Source: Candidatus Heimdallarchaeota archaeon
GTDB taxonomy: Archaea; Asgardarchaeota; Heimdallarchaeia; Hodarchaeales; Hodarchaeaceae
Reading direction: 5' to 3'
DNA: 64,000 nt
Assembly: GCA_011364965.1 (NCBI GenBank)
Contig: RDOB01000004.1
Coordinates: 64,001-128,000 of the forward strand
In this document: positions 17,943-29,028 of the stretch, piece after piece
Layout of the letters: each line of letters opens with the position of its first letter
How positions within the stretch are numbered: position 1 is the stretch's first letter
Made by a program: the position numbers and the translations under genes
The notes under the pieces: generated by a model
What the model saw: only the letters and a program-made list of their open reading frames with translations
Told to the model about the DNA's origin: nothing
Database searches by the model: none

Positions 17943-20900
17943 ATGGCCATATTTCAGTGTAAAAAACCAAAAAAATCACTTTTCATGCTTTTATTGGCAT
18001 TTTTTCTTATCATACCACCAGTATTTGGTATTATAACATTAAACAAGGAAATTCAGATCGAAACTCCATCTCAACAAGATGTTGAAACCCTAGTTCAAGA
18101 GTTTCACCTTACCCAGAAACCTAAGGAGCAACTTTTTCTGATTTATTTTGATGAGGATAAAGATTTCTACAATTTTCTCGATAATCAGAATGTGAATCTT
18201 ATTTTTAGAGGGCTAAAAGGAGTCGTTATAAAAAGTACTCATAATAATGTTAACCAATTAATAGGAAAGTATAAATATCTTTCTGAATCTAATTTTCATT
18301 TAATTGAAGGATCCGATCATAAATATGTAGTTCACGAAACACCTCAAAATAAATATAATCTAGTTGATGACCAACTATCCCTTTCAATTCAAACTTTGGC
18401 CTCAGCAGCGAAAATAGGTGCAAATAAAATGTGGCAGCAAGGGTACAAAGGCCAAGGAGTTAAAATATGTATAATAGACGAAGGAATCAACGCGAGTCAT
18501 TCAGATTTCAGCTTTCCCAACGGAACTAATCGAGTTGTAGCCCGAGAAGGATTTGTTAATACAACATATGGAAATTCTGAAGATCTGAATCCTAGGGAGG
18601 GATCTCATGGAACTAGCGTAGCAGGCACAGCGGGTGGAGGAGGAATTCTGATTCCAAATAATCAAGGTATAGCAAATGAATCACTTTTCCTCGATGCAGA
18701 TGTAGATGAATCTCCTGATACAAATAGTTTAGATTTCACTATCCTTGGCCATATTGCCGCAATTAATTGGGCAATTGAAAATGGAGCTGATATCATAAAT
18801 CGTAGCTATGGTTCAAGTAATGGAGAAGATACCTATTGGATATATCGCTTAGTTCCTGACTATAAAGCATTAATGGCAACAATCAGACAAGGAACAAAAC
18901 AGGGAGTTGTTTTTGTACACTCAGCAGGTAATGAAGGAGGATCAGGATACACCATATCCCCTGACAATATCATTGAAGAGATAACTGTTGCTGCAACTGA
19001 TCCCTCGATGACACATCGAGCGGATTTTAGTAGCACAGGGCCAGTTTGGCGGACAAATGCTATAAGTCCAGATGTAACTGCTCCAGGGGATGATATAGCT
19101 GCCCCAGATGTTAGAGGAGGGTATAGTGTTGTGCAAGGTACATCATTTTCTGCCCCACATGTCGCAGGAGCTAGTGCACTTTTAATAAACGCTGCAAGAA
19201 TGAATAATCTTGAAATTAACCCAGGTTCAGTTAAAAGTATTTTAATAGCTACAGCAGAAGACATAGATGAAAGTATCTTTGCTCAAGGAACAGGACAAAT
19301 AAATGTTTCAGCAGCATTCGATTATTTATTATCAGCTCAAAGAATAGGTGTGCATCCAATTGTAGGTGCAACTAATCCTAGAAACCTAAATGATTTGAAC
19401 TTACCTCAAATTCTATTAGGTACTGAATATTTAACCCATTTTACTTTTACATCTTCAGAAATGAAAAATGCGTCAATTTCATTGACTGGAAACATCTCAT
19501 CACTAATTTCCTTTGAAGAGCAATTATGGATTGATACACTCTATCAAGGAATGAAACTGGAGAAAATTAACCTTGCAGGGGAAAATTTATCTGAACAGTA
19601 TTCTCATGATATTATTTTACGAATTCAAGTACCGGAAAATACCCCTCTTGGTTTTTACTACGGAGATATTATTTTCAAGGTAAATGACACCAATATCTTA
19701 ACTAAACCAATATCTTTTAATGTAAATCCTAGTATAATGAGAGTTTTATTGCATACAGGAGATTCCGCTAGTTTTCGGTACAATTCATTGGGGGATTTTA
19801 GAGAACTTGTTTCTGGATTGAGTTCTGAAGGTATTGTAATTAACGAGAACAATTCAATCATTTCAGATGAACTTCTATCAGACTATGATGTTGTGTGGCT
19901 CGCAGCAGAAAATCGGACTTATTCTGTGTATAATTACAACAATTACTCCGATACAATCACCACTCTTACGCGTGATCAGCTTTTTACAGAAGAAGAAAGA
20001 CTAGCTATAGTCTCTTTTGTGGAAAATGGCGGTGGAGTGATAATGACTCCATACACGACCACTCTCGGAGTTGAAGAGATAATAAACAGCTGGGGAATAA
20101 GCTCGAAATTAGATGCAGATATAAGTGGAAATCCAGGAACTTTAATTCATGCTAATGAGATTGGAAAGGATTTCGGTCATTTTGATATTTCAGGATCATA
20201 TTTTTCAGTTACGGAATTAGCCCTTCCATTAGCTTATCATAATCAACGAAAAAACATAGTTTTAGCTTCCTATGATGCTCCATTTGGAGGAAGAGCTATC
20301 ATCGCCTCAGGTAGCGACTTTATAACTAATTGGGGGTATCAAAATGAGTTAACCGATCAACCTGATTTTGATATTCAGAATGACATGCTAGTAGAAGATA
20401 TTTTAACTTGGCTTTTATCTGAGGATCAACTAACTGGGTTGTTTAAACAGAATGGTGATGTATTATCATTTTCCCTGCACATTTCAAACAATTTTGTTCC
20501 CGATAACAGTGGAGGTTTAACAGGATCAGTTCAGAGAATCGGAAGTGTCAATCAAGAAGACGTAACATCTGAAATGCCATCAACTGGTACTAATGGCTGG
20601 TATAATTTCACCTATACCATTTCTGAGGGATTTTTCTTCTTTAATTTTAGCTGGAATGATGTTTTCATAGCTTTTGAGATAATAAATGATGAAACAGCTC
20701 CAATCATAGGAATCAGTGGTGTGGAAAATAATACCGTATTCAAAGTTCCAACTGATGTAATTTTCTGGTTTGATGACGCAGGATCAGGAATCAATCAATA
20801 TAGTGCTGCAATGACTATTAATGGAAGTAAGGCCAACTTCAATACCCCTAAGAAGAATTCTACTGGAACTGGTTATTACATTGAGAAAACTTTTTATCCC

Positions 20901-21104
20901 GATGATATGGAAAAAGGGATTTATGTTGTTGAACTAAAAATTTCGGATCTGGCAGAGAATACAGCATCAATTATCTTCGTCTTCAGAATAGGCCGTACAG
21001 GAACTCCTGAAGAACCTGCAGATAATGGTACATCTGGTTTTGAGTGGAGTTTGGTTATTAGCTTGTTTATTCTTGGACAGGTTTTCAGAAAAAAATGGAA
21101 ATAA
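17943..21104 (+). CDS. Surface-anchored subtilisin-family (S8) protease
   Basis: Signal peptide, catalytic IIDEG / SHGT / GTSFSAP, further domains, C-terminal SGFE + TM + basic tail sorting signal. Confidence 0.92.
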   Translation: MAIFQCKKPKKSLFMLLLAFFLIIPPVFGIITLNKEIQIETPSQQDVETLVQEFHLTQKPKEQLFLIYFDEDKDFYNFLDNQNVNLIFRGLKGVVIKSTHNNVNQLIGKYKYLSESNFHLIEGSDHKYVVHETPQNKYNLVDDQLSLSIQTLASAAKIGANKMWQQGYKGQGVKICIIDEGINASHSDFSFPNGTNRVVAREGFVNTTYGNSEDLNPREGSHGTSVAGTAGGGGILIPNNQGIANESLFLDADVDESPDTNSLDFTILGHIAAINWAIENGADIINRSYGSSNGEDTYWIYRLVPDYKALMATIRQGTKQGVVFVHSAGNEGGSGYTISPDNIIEEITVAATDPSMTHRADFSSTGPVWRTNAISPDVTAPGDDIAAPDVRGGYSVVQGTSFSAPHVAGASALLINAARMNNLEINPGSVKSILIATAEDIDESIFAQGTGQINVSAAFDYLLSAQRIGVHPIVGATNPRNLNDLNLPQILLGTEYLTHFTFTSSEMKNASISLTGNISSLISFEEQLWIDTLYQGMKLEKINLAGENLSEQYSHDIILRIQVPENTPLGFYYGDIIFKVNDTNILTKPISFNVNPSIMRVLLHTGDSASFRYNSLGDFRELVSGLSSEGIVINENNSIISDELLSDYDVVWLAAENRTYSVYNYNNYSDTITTLTRDQLFTEEERLAIVSFVENGGGVIMTPYTTTLGVEEIINSWGISSKLDADISGNPGTLIHANEIGKDFGHFDISGSYFSVTELALPLAYHNQRKNIVLASYDAPFGGRAIIASGSDFITNWGYQNELTDQPDFDIQNDMLVEDILTWLLSEDQLTGLFKQNGDVLSFSLHISNNFVPDNSGGLTGSVQRIGSVNQEDVTSEMPSTGTNGWYNFTYTISEGFFFFNFSWNDVFIAFEIINDETAPIIGISGVENNTVFKVPTDVIFWFDDAGSGINQYSAAMTINGSKANFNTPKKNSTGTGYYIEKTFYPDDMEKGIYVVELKISDLAENTASIIFVFRIGRTGTPEEPADNGTSGFEWSLVISLFILGQVFRKKWK

Positions 21105-21124
21105 TAAGAGGAAGAATGCATTTT

Positions 21125-22402
21125 TTATATTCTTCTTCCCCTTTCAGCTACTAGTTTTCCTTGTTTGTAAACTTTTTCCGCTAAATTAACTCCATAATTA
21201 TACGCAAAAAACCTATGATTTGGTGCATCAAAAATTACAAAATCGGCCTTTTTACCTACTTCTAATGAACCAATTTCATTTTCTCGGTCAATTGAATGCG
21301 CAGCGTTAATAGTAGCTGCAACTAATGCTTCTGCAGCAGTCATTTTCATTCTTAAAACAGCTAAGGTCATCATCATTTGCATTGATTCACAAAGGTTTGC
21401 TGCACTTACATCTGTAGCCAATGCAACTGGTAAGCCTCTATCTATTATACCTCTTGCATCTGCGTATTTCCCAACATAACAAAAGGGAGATGTTGGAAGA
21501 AATATAATAACTGTACCTTGATCCTTTAGAGCTTCTACCTCTTCAATTGGGGTAAAAATCAAATGATCAGCAGAAACGACACCTCCTAGTTCTGCTACCA
21601 ATTTCGCACCTCCACTATGTACCAACCAATCACAGTGATTCCGAAGCTTCAAGTTATGCTTTCTGCCTGCCTCAAGAATACGTCGTGTTTGCTCAACATT
21701 AAAGTATCCCTTTTCACAAAAGACATCAGCATATTCTGCTAGTTTTCTTTGTGCAATTTCTGGGATCCATCGATCTACAATGTCATCAGTTAATTCATCA
21801 ACCCTAGATTCATGGTCAGGAGGTATCCCTTGAGCACAAAATGTAGAGATTAAATCCATTGGATGATGCTCATTTAAGGCTTTGATAATTTCTAGCTGTC
21901 TTATCTCCCCTTCATATGTCATCTCATAGCCACTTTTGGCTTCGATTGTGGTTGTTCCGTGAATTAGCATTCTATCAAGGATTTTCGTTGTTATTTTCAT
22001 TTGATCTTTGGTAGATGTTTCTGCTGTTTTTTTTAACGTTAATGGCATTCCTCCACCTTGAGATTTGATTTCTAAATAAGCTACTCCTTTGACAGCCATT
22101 TTTTCCAATTCAACTTCACGAGTCCCAGCAAAAATTAAATGTACATGAGGATCAATTAACCCTGGGGTAACAAGTTTATCTTTCGCATCTATTATTTCAT
22201 ATTCACCTTCGAGTCGTTTTAATACCTCCTCAGTAGTTCCGACTGTTGCAATACGTCCATTCGATACTGCAAATGCACCATTTTTTATTACCTCTAAATT
22301 ATCCATATCCTTTCCAGTTTTAGGTTTTGTACTGGATCCTCGAAGAGTAACTAATTCATTAGCATTTATTAAAACTAAATCAACTTTAAGTCCCATTTTC
22401 AT
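21125..22402 (-). CDS. hutI: Imidazolonepropionase
   Basis: PGLIDPHVH, GTTTIEAKSGY, DVFCEKGYF, SADHL; start moved to the ATG downstream of the glnA stop. Confidence 0.92.
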   Translation of the reverse strand: MKMGLKVDLVLINANELVTLRGSSTKPKTGKDMDNLEVIKNGAFAVSNGRIATVGTTEEVLKRLEGEYEIIDAKDKLVTPGLIDPHVHLIFAGTREVELEKMAVKGVAYLEIKSQGGGMPLTLKKTAETSTKDQMKITTKILDRMLIHGTTTIEAKSGYEMTYEGEIRQLEIIKALNEHHPMDLISTFCAQGIPPDHESRVDELTDDIVDRWIPEIAQRKLAEYADVFCEKGYFNVEQTRRILEAGRKHNLKLRNHCDWLVHSGGAKLVAELGGVVSADHLIFTPIEEVEALKDQGTVIIFLPTSPFCYVGKYADARGIIDRGLPVALATDVSAANLCESMQMMMTLAVLRMKMTAAEALVAATINAAHSIDRENEIGSLEVGKKADFVIFDAPNHRFFAYNYGVNLAEKVYKQGKLVAERGRRI

Positions 22403-22410
22403 CACAATTT

Positions 22411-23739
22411 TTACACATCTATATACCGTTTTCGCTCCCAATCATGAACATGAACACTAAATTCATGCCATTCCTTCTGTTTTAATTGCAGGTATTTCTG
22501 TATAAATTCGCTCCCCAGTCCCTCTGTAATGAACTGATCCTTTGAGAGCTCTTTAAGTGCTTCACCCAAATTTTCAGGAAGCACTGCAATTCCCCGTGCT
22601 TTTCTCTCAACTATATTCATATGGTAAATATTATCTTCAACTGGATCAGGTGGGGTAAGTGTATTTTCTATTCCATCACGTCCAGCAGCTAAAAGCGCGG
22701 CGTATGCAATATAGAAATTACATGATCCATCTGTGGGTCTATATTCAAGACGAGCTGCTTTTTTATTTCCTGGAGGAATTCTAATTAGAGTAGATCTATT
22801 ATAATGGGCCCATGAAATGTATACAGGAGCCTCCCAACCAGGAACAAGGCGCTTGTAAGAATTAACAGAGGGATTGGTAATTCCAGCTAAGGCTTTTGCA
22901 TGCGAAAGAACCCCAGCCATAAAATTAAAACCAATTTCACTTAAAATACCTGAATTATCAAGACTAGAGAAAAGATTTTGGCCTTTATTTTCATCTACTA
23001 AATTGATATGAGTATGTAATCCAGCTCCATATTCTCCATGGAAAGGTTTTGGCATGAAAGATGCAATCAAGCCTTTTCTGGCACTCATCAATTTTATGAT
23101 AAATTTAATTAAATAAATCGTATCAGCCATACTAATTACGTCTGAACATGGAATATTGAACTCACTCTTTCCATGAGGTACTTCATGATGATGTTTCTCA
23201 ACAATAACCCCAATTTTTCGAAGTTCTTCAGTAATCTCAAGTCTTAATTCAGCTGCTTTATCTGTTGGAGGAGATGCAAGGTAACCACCCTGATCTATTA
23301 AACGAACCTGATCAGCATTTTCTGGTGTAAATATAAAAAATTCAATTTCACTGGAAGCAATTCCCATAACATCAGCTCCTAAAACATTTTGAATATCTTT
23401 AATAGCCTTTTTCAGCACAAATCTCGGATCCAAGATAAAGGGTTCATTTGAATCAGGTTTGTAAATGTCACATACAATTCTTGCTACCTTTTGAGGAAAT
23501 AATTTTACTGGAAGAGGAGAAAAACTCCTCAGGTCTGGCATAAGCTTTACATCACTCTTACTTACATCTACCACACCAAGTGATGATCCATCGGTATGTA
23601 TTCCTTCTTCTACAGCTTTTTTAAGCTCAGAAACCGGAATCCATAGTGTATGTAACGTTCCAGGTATGCTGGTAAACTGAAGTGCGACTTCTGTGATTTT
23701 TTGCCTGTCAATAATTTCTAATACTGATTTTAGTTCCAT
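22411..23739 (-). CDS. glnA: Glutamine synthetase type I family protein
   Basis: DGSS, EIEFF, HHEV, MPKP, GLHTH, SYKRLVPGWEAP, NRS..IRIP, RLEYR. Confidence 0.85.
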   Translation of the reverse strand: MELKSVLEIIDRQKITEVALQFTSIPGTLHTLWIPVSELKKAVEEGIHTDGSSLGVVDVSKSDVKLMPDLRSFSPLPVKLFPQKVARIVCDIYKPDSNEPFILDPRFVLKKAIKDIQNVLGADVMGIASSEIEFFIFTPENADQVRLIDQGGYLASPPTDKAAELRLEITEELRKIGVIVEKHHHEVPHGKSEFNIPCSDVISMADTIYLIKFIIKLMSARKGLIASFMPKPFHGEYGAGLHTHINLVDENKGQNLFSSLDNSGILSEIGFNFMAGVLSHAKALAGITNPSVNSYKRLVPGWEAPVYISWAHYNRSTLIRIPPGNKKAARLEYRPTDGSCNFYIAYAALLAAGRDGIENTLTPPDPVEDNIYHMNIVERKARGIAVLPENLGEALKELSKDQFITEGLGSEFIQKYLQLKQKEWHEFSVHVHDWERKRYIDV

Positions 23740-23945
23740 CTATCTTGTTTCCTGCTATTTCATTTATTAATTAATATCCATTTTTTCATTCAGCCAAAAA
23801 GATTGAGTTAAAATCTACTATTCAGAACGAAAGGAGTATAAATCGATTTCTAATTTCCGCAATTTTCAAAAAAAAGGATAAAAAGCGGCCTTTAACAATT
23901 TATTTGTTAATATTTATTTTATCAGAGATCGAGAGAAATACCAAC

Positions 23946-25127
23946 ATGGATCCCAAAATACTCAAAAATGCTCTCATAAACGATGGAAAGGCCATTGAGT
24001 CGTATATAGTTGAAATCCGAAGAAATATTCATAGCTATCCAGAAACTGCGTTTGAAGAATACAAAACTGCGGAATATATTGAATTCAAACTTCAAGAAAT
24101 TGGGTATCAGACCGTAAGAATCGCAAAAACTGGAGTTATTGCCATCCTAGAGGGATTGAGTGATGGTTTGACTGTTGCACTTCGCGCAGATATTGATGCT
24201 CTTAATGTGACAGAAGAAACTAATCTTCCTTATTCTAGTCAAATATCTGGTAAAATGCACGCATGTGGTCATGATGCACATGTTGCAATGCTTCTTGGAG
24301 CGGCTAAATTGATTTATGAATATAAAAAGGAATTAAGAGGTACATTAAAATTCATATTTCAACCGGCAGAAGAAGGTGGAGGTGGAGCAAAAAGAATAGT
24401 AGAGGAAGGATGGCTAGATGATGTTGATATCGTTTTTGGATTTCATATATGGAGCAATCTACCTGCAGGAATAATAGGAACTCGTAAAGGTGCAACGTTT
24501 GCATCTTCTGATAGATTTTCAATATTAATTAAAGGAAAAGGAGGATATGTTTCAATATTTGATCAAACTCAGGATCCAACTTTATTAATACCAGAGATCT
24601 ACAATGCACTACAAAAAATAATATCCAGAGAAATAAATCCATTTACTAATTGTGTCCTCTCAGTACCATATATTAAAGGCAGTGATGCTCATAATATCAT
24701 ACCTTCAACTGCTAAATTGCGTGGAACATTAAGAACACACGATGAAAATGTAAGAATATATATCAAACAGAGAATTGAAGAGATTGTAGAAAACTATTGT
24801 AGAGCTTGGCATTGTACTGGTGAAACTGTTTTTGATCCAAATGCATATCCTTCAGTGGTTAATAATGAGGAGGTGGTTGAAAAAGTTATTGATAGCTTGA
24901 AGGAATTGGATGAAGTTAAAGTGATGGAACAAACTATGATAGCAGAGGACTTTTCTTTTTACTTAACTAAAGCGAGAGGGGTATTCCTCACTTTAGGAAC
25001 GTATAATGAGGAAAAAGGAATAATATTTCCTCATCATCACTCTAAATTTCAAGTAGATGAAGCAATTCTATGGAAAGGCGCCGTTGCATATGCCATTCTA
25101 GGGTTTTATTCTATATTATCTCCATAA
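23946..25127 (+). CDS. M20D amidohydrolase
   Basis: RADIDAL, MHACGHDAH, FQPAEEG, AEDFS, HHH; ATG at 23946. Confidence 0.92.
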   Translation: MDPKILKNALINDGKAIESYIVEIRRNIHSYPETAFEEYKTAEYIEFKLQEIGYQTVRIAKTGVIAILEGLSDGLTVALRADIDALNVTEETNLPYSSQISGKMHACGHDAHVAMLLGAAKLIYEYKKELRGTLKFIFQPAEEGGGGAKRIVEEGWLDDVDIVFGFHIWSNLPAGIIGTRKGATFASSDRFSILIKGKGGYVSIFDQTQDPTLLIPEIYNALQKIISREINPFTNCVLSVPYIKGSDAHNIIPSTAKLRGTLRTHDENVRIYIKQRIEEIVENYCRAWHCTGETVFDPNAYPSVVNNEEVVEKVIDSLKELDEVKVMEQTMIAEDFSFYLTKARGVFLTLGTYNEEKGIIFPHHHSKFQVDEAILWKGAVAYAILGFYSILSP

Positions 25128-26623
25128 ATTCCAGCTAGTTCCCTTTTCTGAATCATTTGAACGCATGAAACTATATCAGGTGTCAATTCGCGGTCGTGTA
25201 CCAAGCGTGGTACCTTCTTACGAATTTGTTCATAAATCCCTTTAGATGAAGGTGAAAGAAACTCAACAGCTTCTGATAAATCAATTGCTTGGCAAACACA
25301 AAGTAACTCAATAGCCAAAATATACTCTAAATTTCTAATAATTTTTTCAGTTTGAGTAGCTGCAATTGTTCCCATACTTACATGATCCTCTTGATTTGCT
25401 GATACGGGAATTGAATCAACAGAAGCAGGTACTGCAAGAGTTTTATTTTCAGAGACAAGAGCAGCAGCAGTATATTGAGCAATCATAAATCCCGAGTTCA
25501 ATCCACTATGAGGGGTTAAGAAAGCTGGTAAATTGCTTAGAGTGGGATTTAATAATCTTTCAACTCGTCGTTCTGATATATTTCCCACCTCAGCCATCGC
25601 AATACCAAGAAAATCCATTGCCAAGGCAACAGGTTGCCCATGGAAGTTCCCACCGCTATAAATCTCATCTACTGAAAAAATGAGTGGATTATCGGTAGAA
25701 GCATTCATTTCTATCTGAATAATTCTTTTAACATAATTAATAGTATCTAAACTTGCTCCGTGGACAATGGGACTACAGCGTAAAGAATAGCTATCCTGAC
25801 GACCGATATTTTTTCTAATCCTTTTACTCCCTTCAAGACTAGCGCGCATTTCTTTAGCTACTGCAATTTGGCCCGCATGTGGTCTTGCATCATGAATTAG
25901 AGAATTTAAACAGTCAATATTAGCTTGGTGAACTTCCATACTTAAAATAGCAGCTAGATTGGCAATATGTAACAAGTATCTCGCATCAAAGACAGTTAAC
26001 GCTCCAATAGAGGTCATTGCTTGAGTTCCATTTAGCAAAGCAAGTCCATCCTTAGAACCAAGACTTAAAGGTGATAAATTAGCTAATTTCAGTACTTCAG
26101 AGCCAGAATATTGTAATCCCTTGTACAAGGCATGTCCTCTCCCAATAAGCACTAAAGCGAGATGTGCTAAAGGGGCAAGATCTCCACTTGCACCTAAACT
26201 CCCTTTTGAGGGAACAATGGGTGTAATTCCACAATTTAGCATTTTTATTAATAGCTCAACCACTTGGGGATTAACTCCTGAATTACCTCTCGCAAATTTA
26301 TTAATCTCAAGCAGCATCATCCCTCTAACCACCTCAATAGGGAAATTGTCTCCCACTCCTGAAGCATGACTTTTTACTAGATTTTCCTGTAACTTTTTAG
26401 AATCATCAGGAGATATAATTACATCCTGTAAATATCCAAAGCCAGTAGTTACCCCATATATTCTTCTCTTTTCAGCAAGTATAGTCTTAATGATTTCATA
26501 GGAATGATTGATATTTTGAATGGCTGTTTTACTTAAATCAATTTTATTTTTTGCTCGTACGACAGAAATGAAGTCTTTAATTCCTAAATGTTCCCCATCT
26601 AACTCTATAAACGGACTTAACAT
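25106..26623 (-). CDS. hutH: Histidine ammonia-lyase
   Basis: YGVTTGFG, MIO motif GSLGASGDLAPL, QDSYSLRC, GGNFHG, QEDHVSMG. Confidence 0.97.
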   Translation of the reverse strand: MLSPFIELDGEHLGIKDFISVVRAKNKIDLSKTAIQNINHSYEIIKTILAEKRRIYGVTTGFGYLQDVIISPDDSKKLQENLVKSHASGVGDNFPIEVVRGMMLLEINKFARGNSGVNPQVVELLIKMLNCGITPIVPSKGSLGASGDLAPLAHLALVLIGRGHALYKGLQYSGSEVLKLANLSPLSLGSKDGLALLNGTQAMTSIGALTVFDARYLLHIANLAAILSMEVHQANIDCLNSLIHDARPHAGQIAVAKEMRASLEGSKRIRKNIGRQDSYSLRCSPIVHGASLDTINYVKRIIQIEMNASTDNPLIFSVDEIYSGGNFHGQPVALAMDFLGIAMAEVGNISERRVERLLNPTLSNLPAFLTPHSGLNSGFMIAQYTAAALVSENKTLAVPASVDSIPVSANQEDHVSMGTIAATQTEKIIRNLEYILAIELLCVCQAIDLSEAVEFLSPSSKGIYEQIRKKVPRLVHDRELTPDIVSCVQMIQKRELAGIYGDNIE

Positions 26624-26918
26624 AGCATAACATCTCGAATTTTATTCTTTAGTAGAATTCGAAGTAATTACCTATCTGATCTGAGTTTCTATTAAGCGTA
26701 TTAATCGAATTTTAATAAATTATTCATAAAAAAAGCCATAGAGCTTTATTTTCAAAAACAATTTTTTGTAATAACTCAATTATTTATTCATTATTTAATA
26801 AGATGGGATGTTAAACTTAGATTTCCTTGATGATTAAAAATAGCAGATATAGTAAATCATATTATCTTTAGCTTTTTTTCCCATTTAGCGAATTTAGATG
26901 GTGGTTTAAAATATTTCC

Positions 26919-27941
26919 ATGATCCCTTTTTCATCCTTAATAGGATTAGAAGAATGTAAACTTGCACTAGTATTATCTATCATCGATCCTCGCATAGGAG
27001 GAGTTCTTATTTCAGGGCCCAAAGGAACAGGTAAGAGCTCATTAGTTCGATCACTCTATTCTATCCTTCCTGATGTTAATTATGTGGAAAATTGTCAATT
27101 TCATTGTAATCCCTACAATAGTGCCCTATTATGTTCTGAATGTTTAGAAAAGAGACAAAAAGGAGACTTAAACATAAAATCCAAACAGATATCTGTTATC
27201 ACTCTACCATTAGGTGCAACCGAAGATCGTGTCATTGGATCTCTGGATATCGAAAAGATTATAGGGGCAGGTATAGAGGCTCTTTCGCCAGGTATCCTAG
27301 CATTGGCAAATCAAGAAATTCTTTATATTGACGAAATTAACCTGCTCCCTGATCACCTCGTTGATACTATTTTGGATTGCGCAGCTTCAGGATGGAATAT
27401 AGTAGAACGAGAGAATATCTCGGTTAGACATCCGAGCCAATTTATATTAATTGGGACAATGAATCCGGAGGAAGGAGATCTTAGACCTCAATTACTTGAT
27501 AGATTAAGTTTATTCGCCCAAGCTGGAAATATTCACGACCTTAATGATCGGATTAAGATAATAGAATTAAACCTACAGCAAGAAAATAAGGAATTACTCT
27601 TTTCTCGCTTCAAAGATACAGATGAGAAAATAAAGTCGAGAATTAAGAATGCAAGGCTTATATTGGAGGATGTTATACTGACTAAAAATCACAAAACTGT
27701 TATTGCAAATCTTTGCATGGCATTGAAAGTTGATGGTTTCCGAGGAGATATCGTATTAGCTCGAGCAAGTCGTGCAAAAGCCGCATATGACGCAAGAAAG
27801 GAGGTTTCCTTCAATGATATCCTTGATTGTGCGTTTCTAGCCCTTTTACACAGGACACGAGAAGGAGGAATGAGAGAACCCCCCTCAAGAATAGAAATAA
27901 GTAAGCTATTTTCAGAAATAATAGAAGCTCTGAAGAAATAA
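26919..27941 (+). CDS. ChlI/BchI-family AAA+ ATPase
   Basis: [54 protein letters not shown]. Confidence 0.92.
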   Translation: MIPFSSLIGLEECKLALVLSIIDPRIGGVLISGPKGTGKSSLVRSLYSILPDVNYVENCQFHCNPYNSALLCSECLEKRQKGDLNIKSKQISVITLPLGATEDRVIGSLDIEKIIGAGIEALSPGILALANQEILYIDEINLLPDHLVDTILDCAASGWNIVERENISVRHPSQFILIGTMNPEEGDLRPQLLDRLSLFAQAGNIHDLNDRIKIIELNLQQENKELLFSRFKDTDEKIKSRIKNARLILEDVILTKNHKTVIANLCMALKVDGFRGDIVLARASRAKAAYDARKEVSFNDILDCAFLALLHRTREGGMREPPSRIEISKLFSEIIEALKK

Positions 27942-27949
27942 GATTTAAT

Positions 27950-28435
27950 TCAGGCTGATTTGGTAGATAACTTAATATCTCCTGACAAGATACCACCAGC
28001 TGCTCCTGATGCTATTCCCATAGCTATTCCAGGTATAAGACCGATTACAGCGTAATTAATTAAAAATGAGATTTCTAAGAAAAAAACCTCGGGATTTTCA
28101 CCAAAATACAATATTCTAATCAATGCGCCTATAATCGGAAAAAATGCTGAGCCTATAATTGCTGCAAGAATACCTGATAAGATCCCTACAGCAATTGGAG
28201 ACTTGTAATCAGAACGATTAATCCAAATTCCTGCAACGAGTCCACTAATAAACCCGCTAAAAGCCCCAAAAAAGAAAGCAGATCCTAACGCGCGAGTAAA
28301 AATTTCATCAATTGTAGCTTCTCTTATTAATTCGATGGGATATATAAAATAGACTAAGGAGGCAAAGATCAAAGCAAATAAAAGGCCTAGAAGGGTAAAA
28401 TCAGTGAGAAAGATAAATTTTTGGGGAATTTTCAT
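27950..28435 (-). CDS. Gly-rich 4-TM membrane protein
   Basis: Four hydrophobic segments with GxxxG repeats. Confidence 0.75.
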   Translation of the reverse strand: MKIPQKFIFLTDFTLLGLLFALIFASLVYFIYPIELIREATIDEIFTRALGSAFFFGAFSGFISGLVAGIWINRSDYKSPIAVGILSGILAAIIGSAFFPIIGALIRILYFGENPEVFFLEISFLINYAVIGLIPGIAMGIASGAAGGILSGDIKLSTKSA

Positions 28436-29006
28436 TTTTAAATAATCCTTTGTTTCGTTCTTTGGCTTTCTTACGTTTGAACAACGTTTAAAAGAAAAAA
28501 TTGTCTTTATTTCTTCACTAAATACAAAATTCCTGTCAATTGGCCGTTATAGACTTGAGAGCTTAAAGGTTGTGTTTGAAATCTGTGTTAATTAAAACAA
28601 ATAAATTCCTTGTGTTATCTGCTATTGGTTGTTAGATTTTAACAGGCATTATACGTTCGCCTATATAGAAAATCCTGAAATTAATTTTACAATGCTATTT
28701 CCCAATAAAATTAGTTTTAATTTATTAATTCCATACTACATACTTTTCTGAGACGTCTTATGTATATAAATAAAGTTCAATTGTAATTTTTTACTCAAAT
28801 TCTAATACATAACTCATCTTAAGTTAATTTTTTGAAATAAATAAGTAAAAAGATAACTAGGGCTTCAGACTTAAATTACAGCAAAGCTTTCAATCAACCT
28901 CCATCGGGATTAAATATTTAAAAGCTCCAAAATAAAAAGTGAGATGCACAAGTCGCTAGATGCTCCTTCTCTCAATCTGGCTCTAGTAGCTAATAAATGA
29001 CCCTTC

Positions 29007-29028
29007 TTACCATGATAATTCATGGTAA
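29007..29028. promoter_or_regulatory. Inverted repeat TTACCATGA-N4-TCATGGTAA upstream of the ABC substrate-binding gene
   Basis: Perfect 9-bp arms, 32 nt before the first ATG. Confidence 0.5.

Noticed and set aside
159-21104. A single proto-unfolded-protein-response locus (HEPN receptor, Hsp70 operon, S1P-like protease)
   Set aside because: The genes are separated by unrelated housekeeping genes and share no motif I can see; proximity alone is not evidence
22403-22441. N-terminal extension of hutI
   Set aside because: It overlaps the 3' end of glnA; ATGs at 22402 and 22396 fit better
28953-28963. 11-mer TCGCTAGATGC shared with ~51889
   Set aside because: Many 11-mer matches are expected by chance in 64 kb
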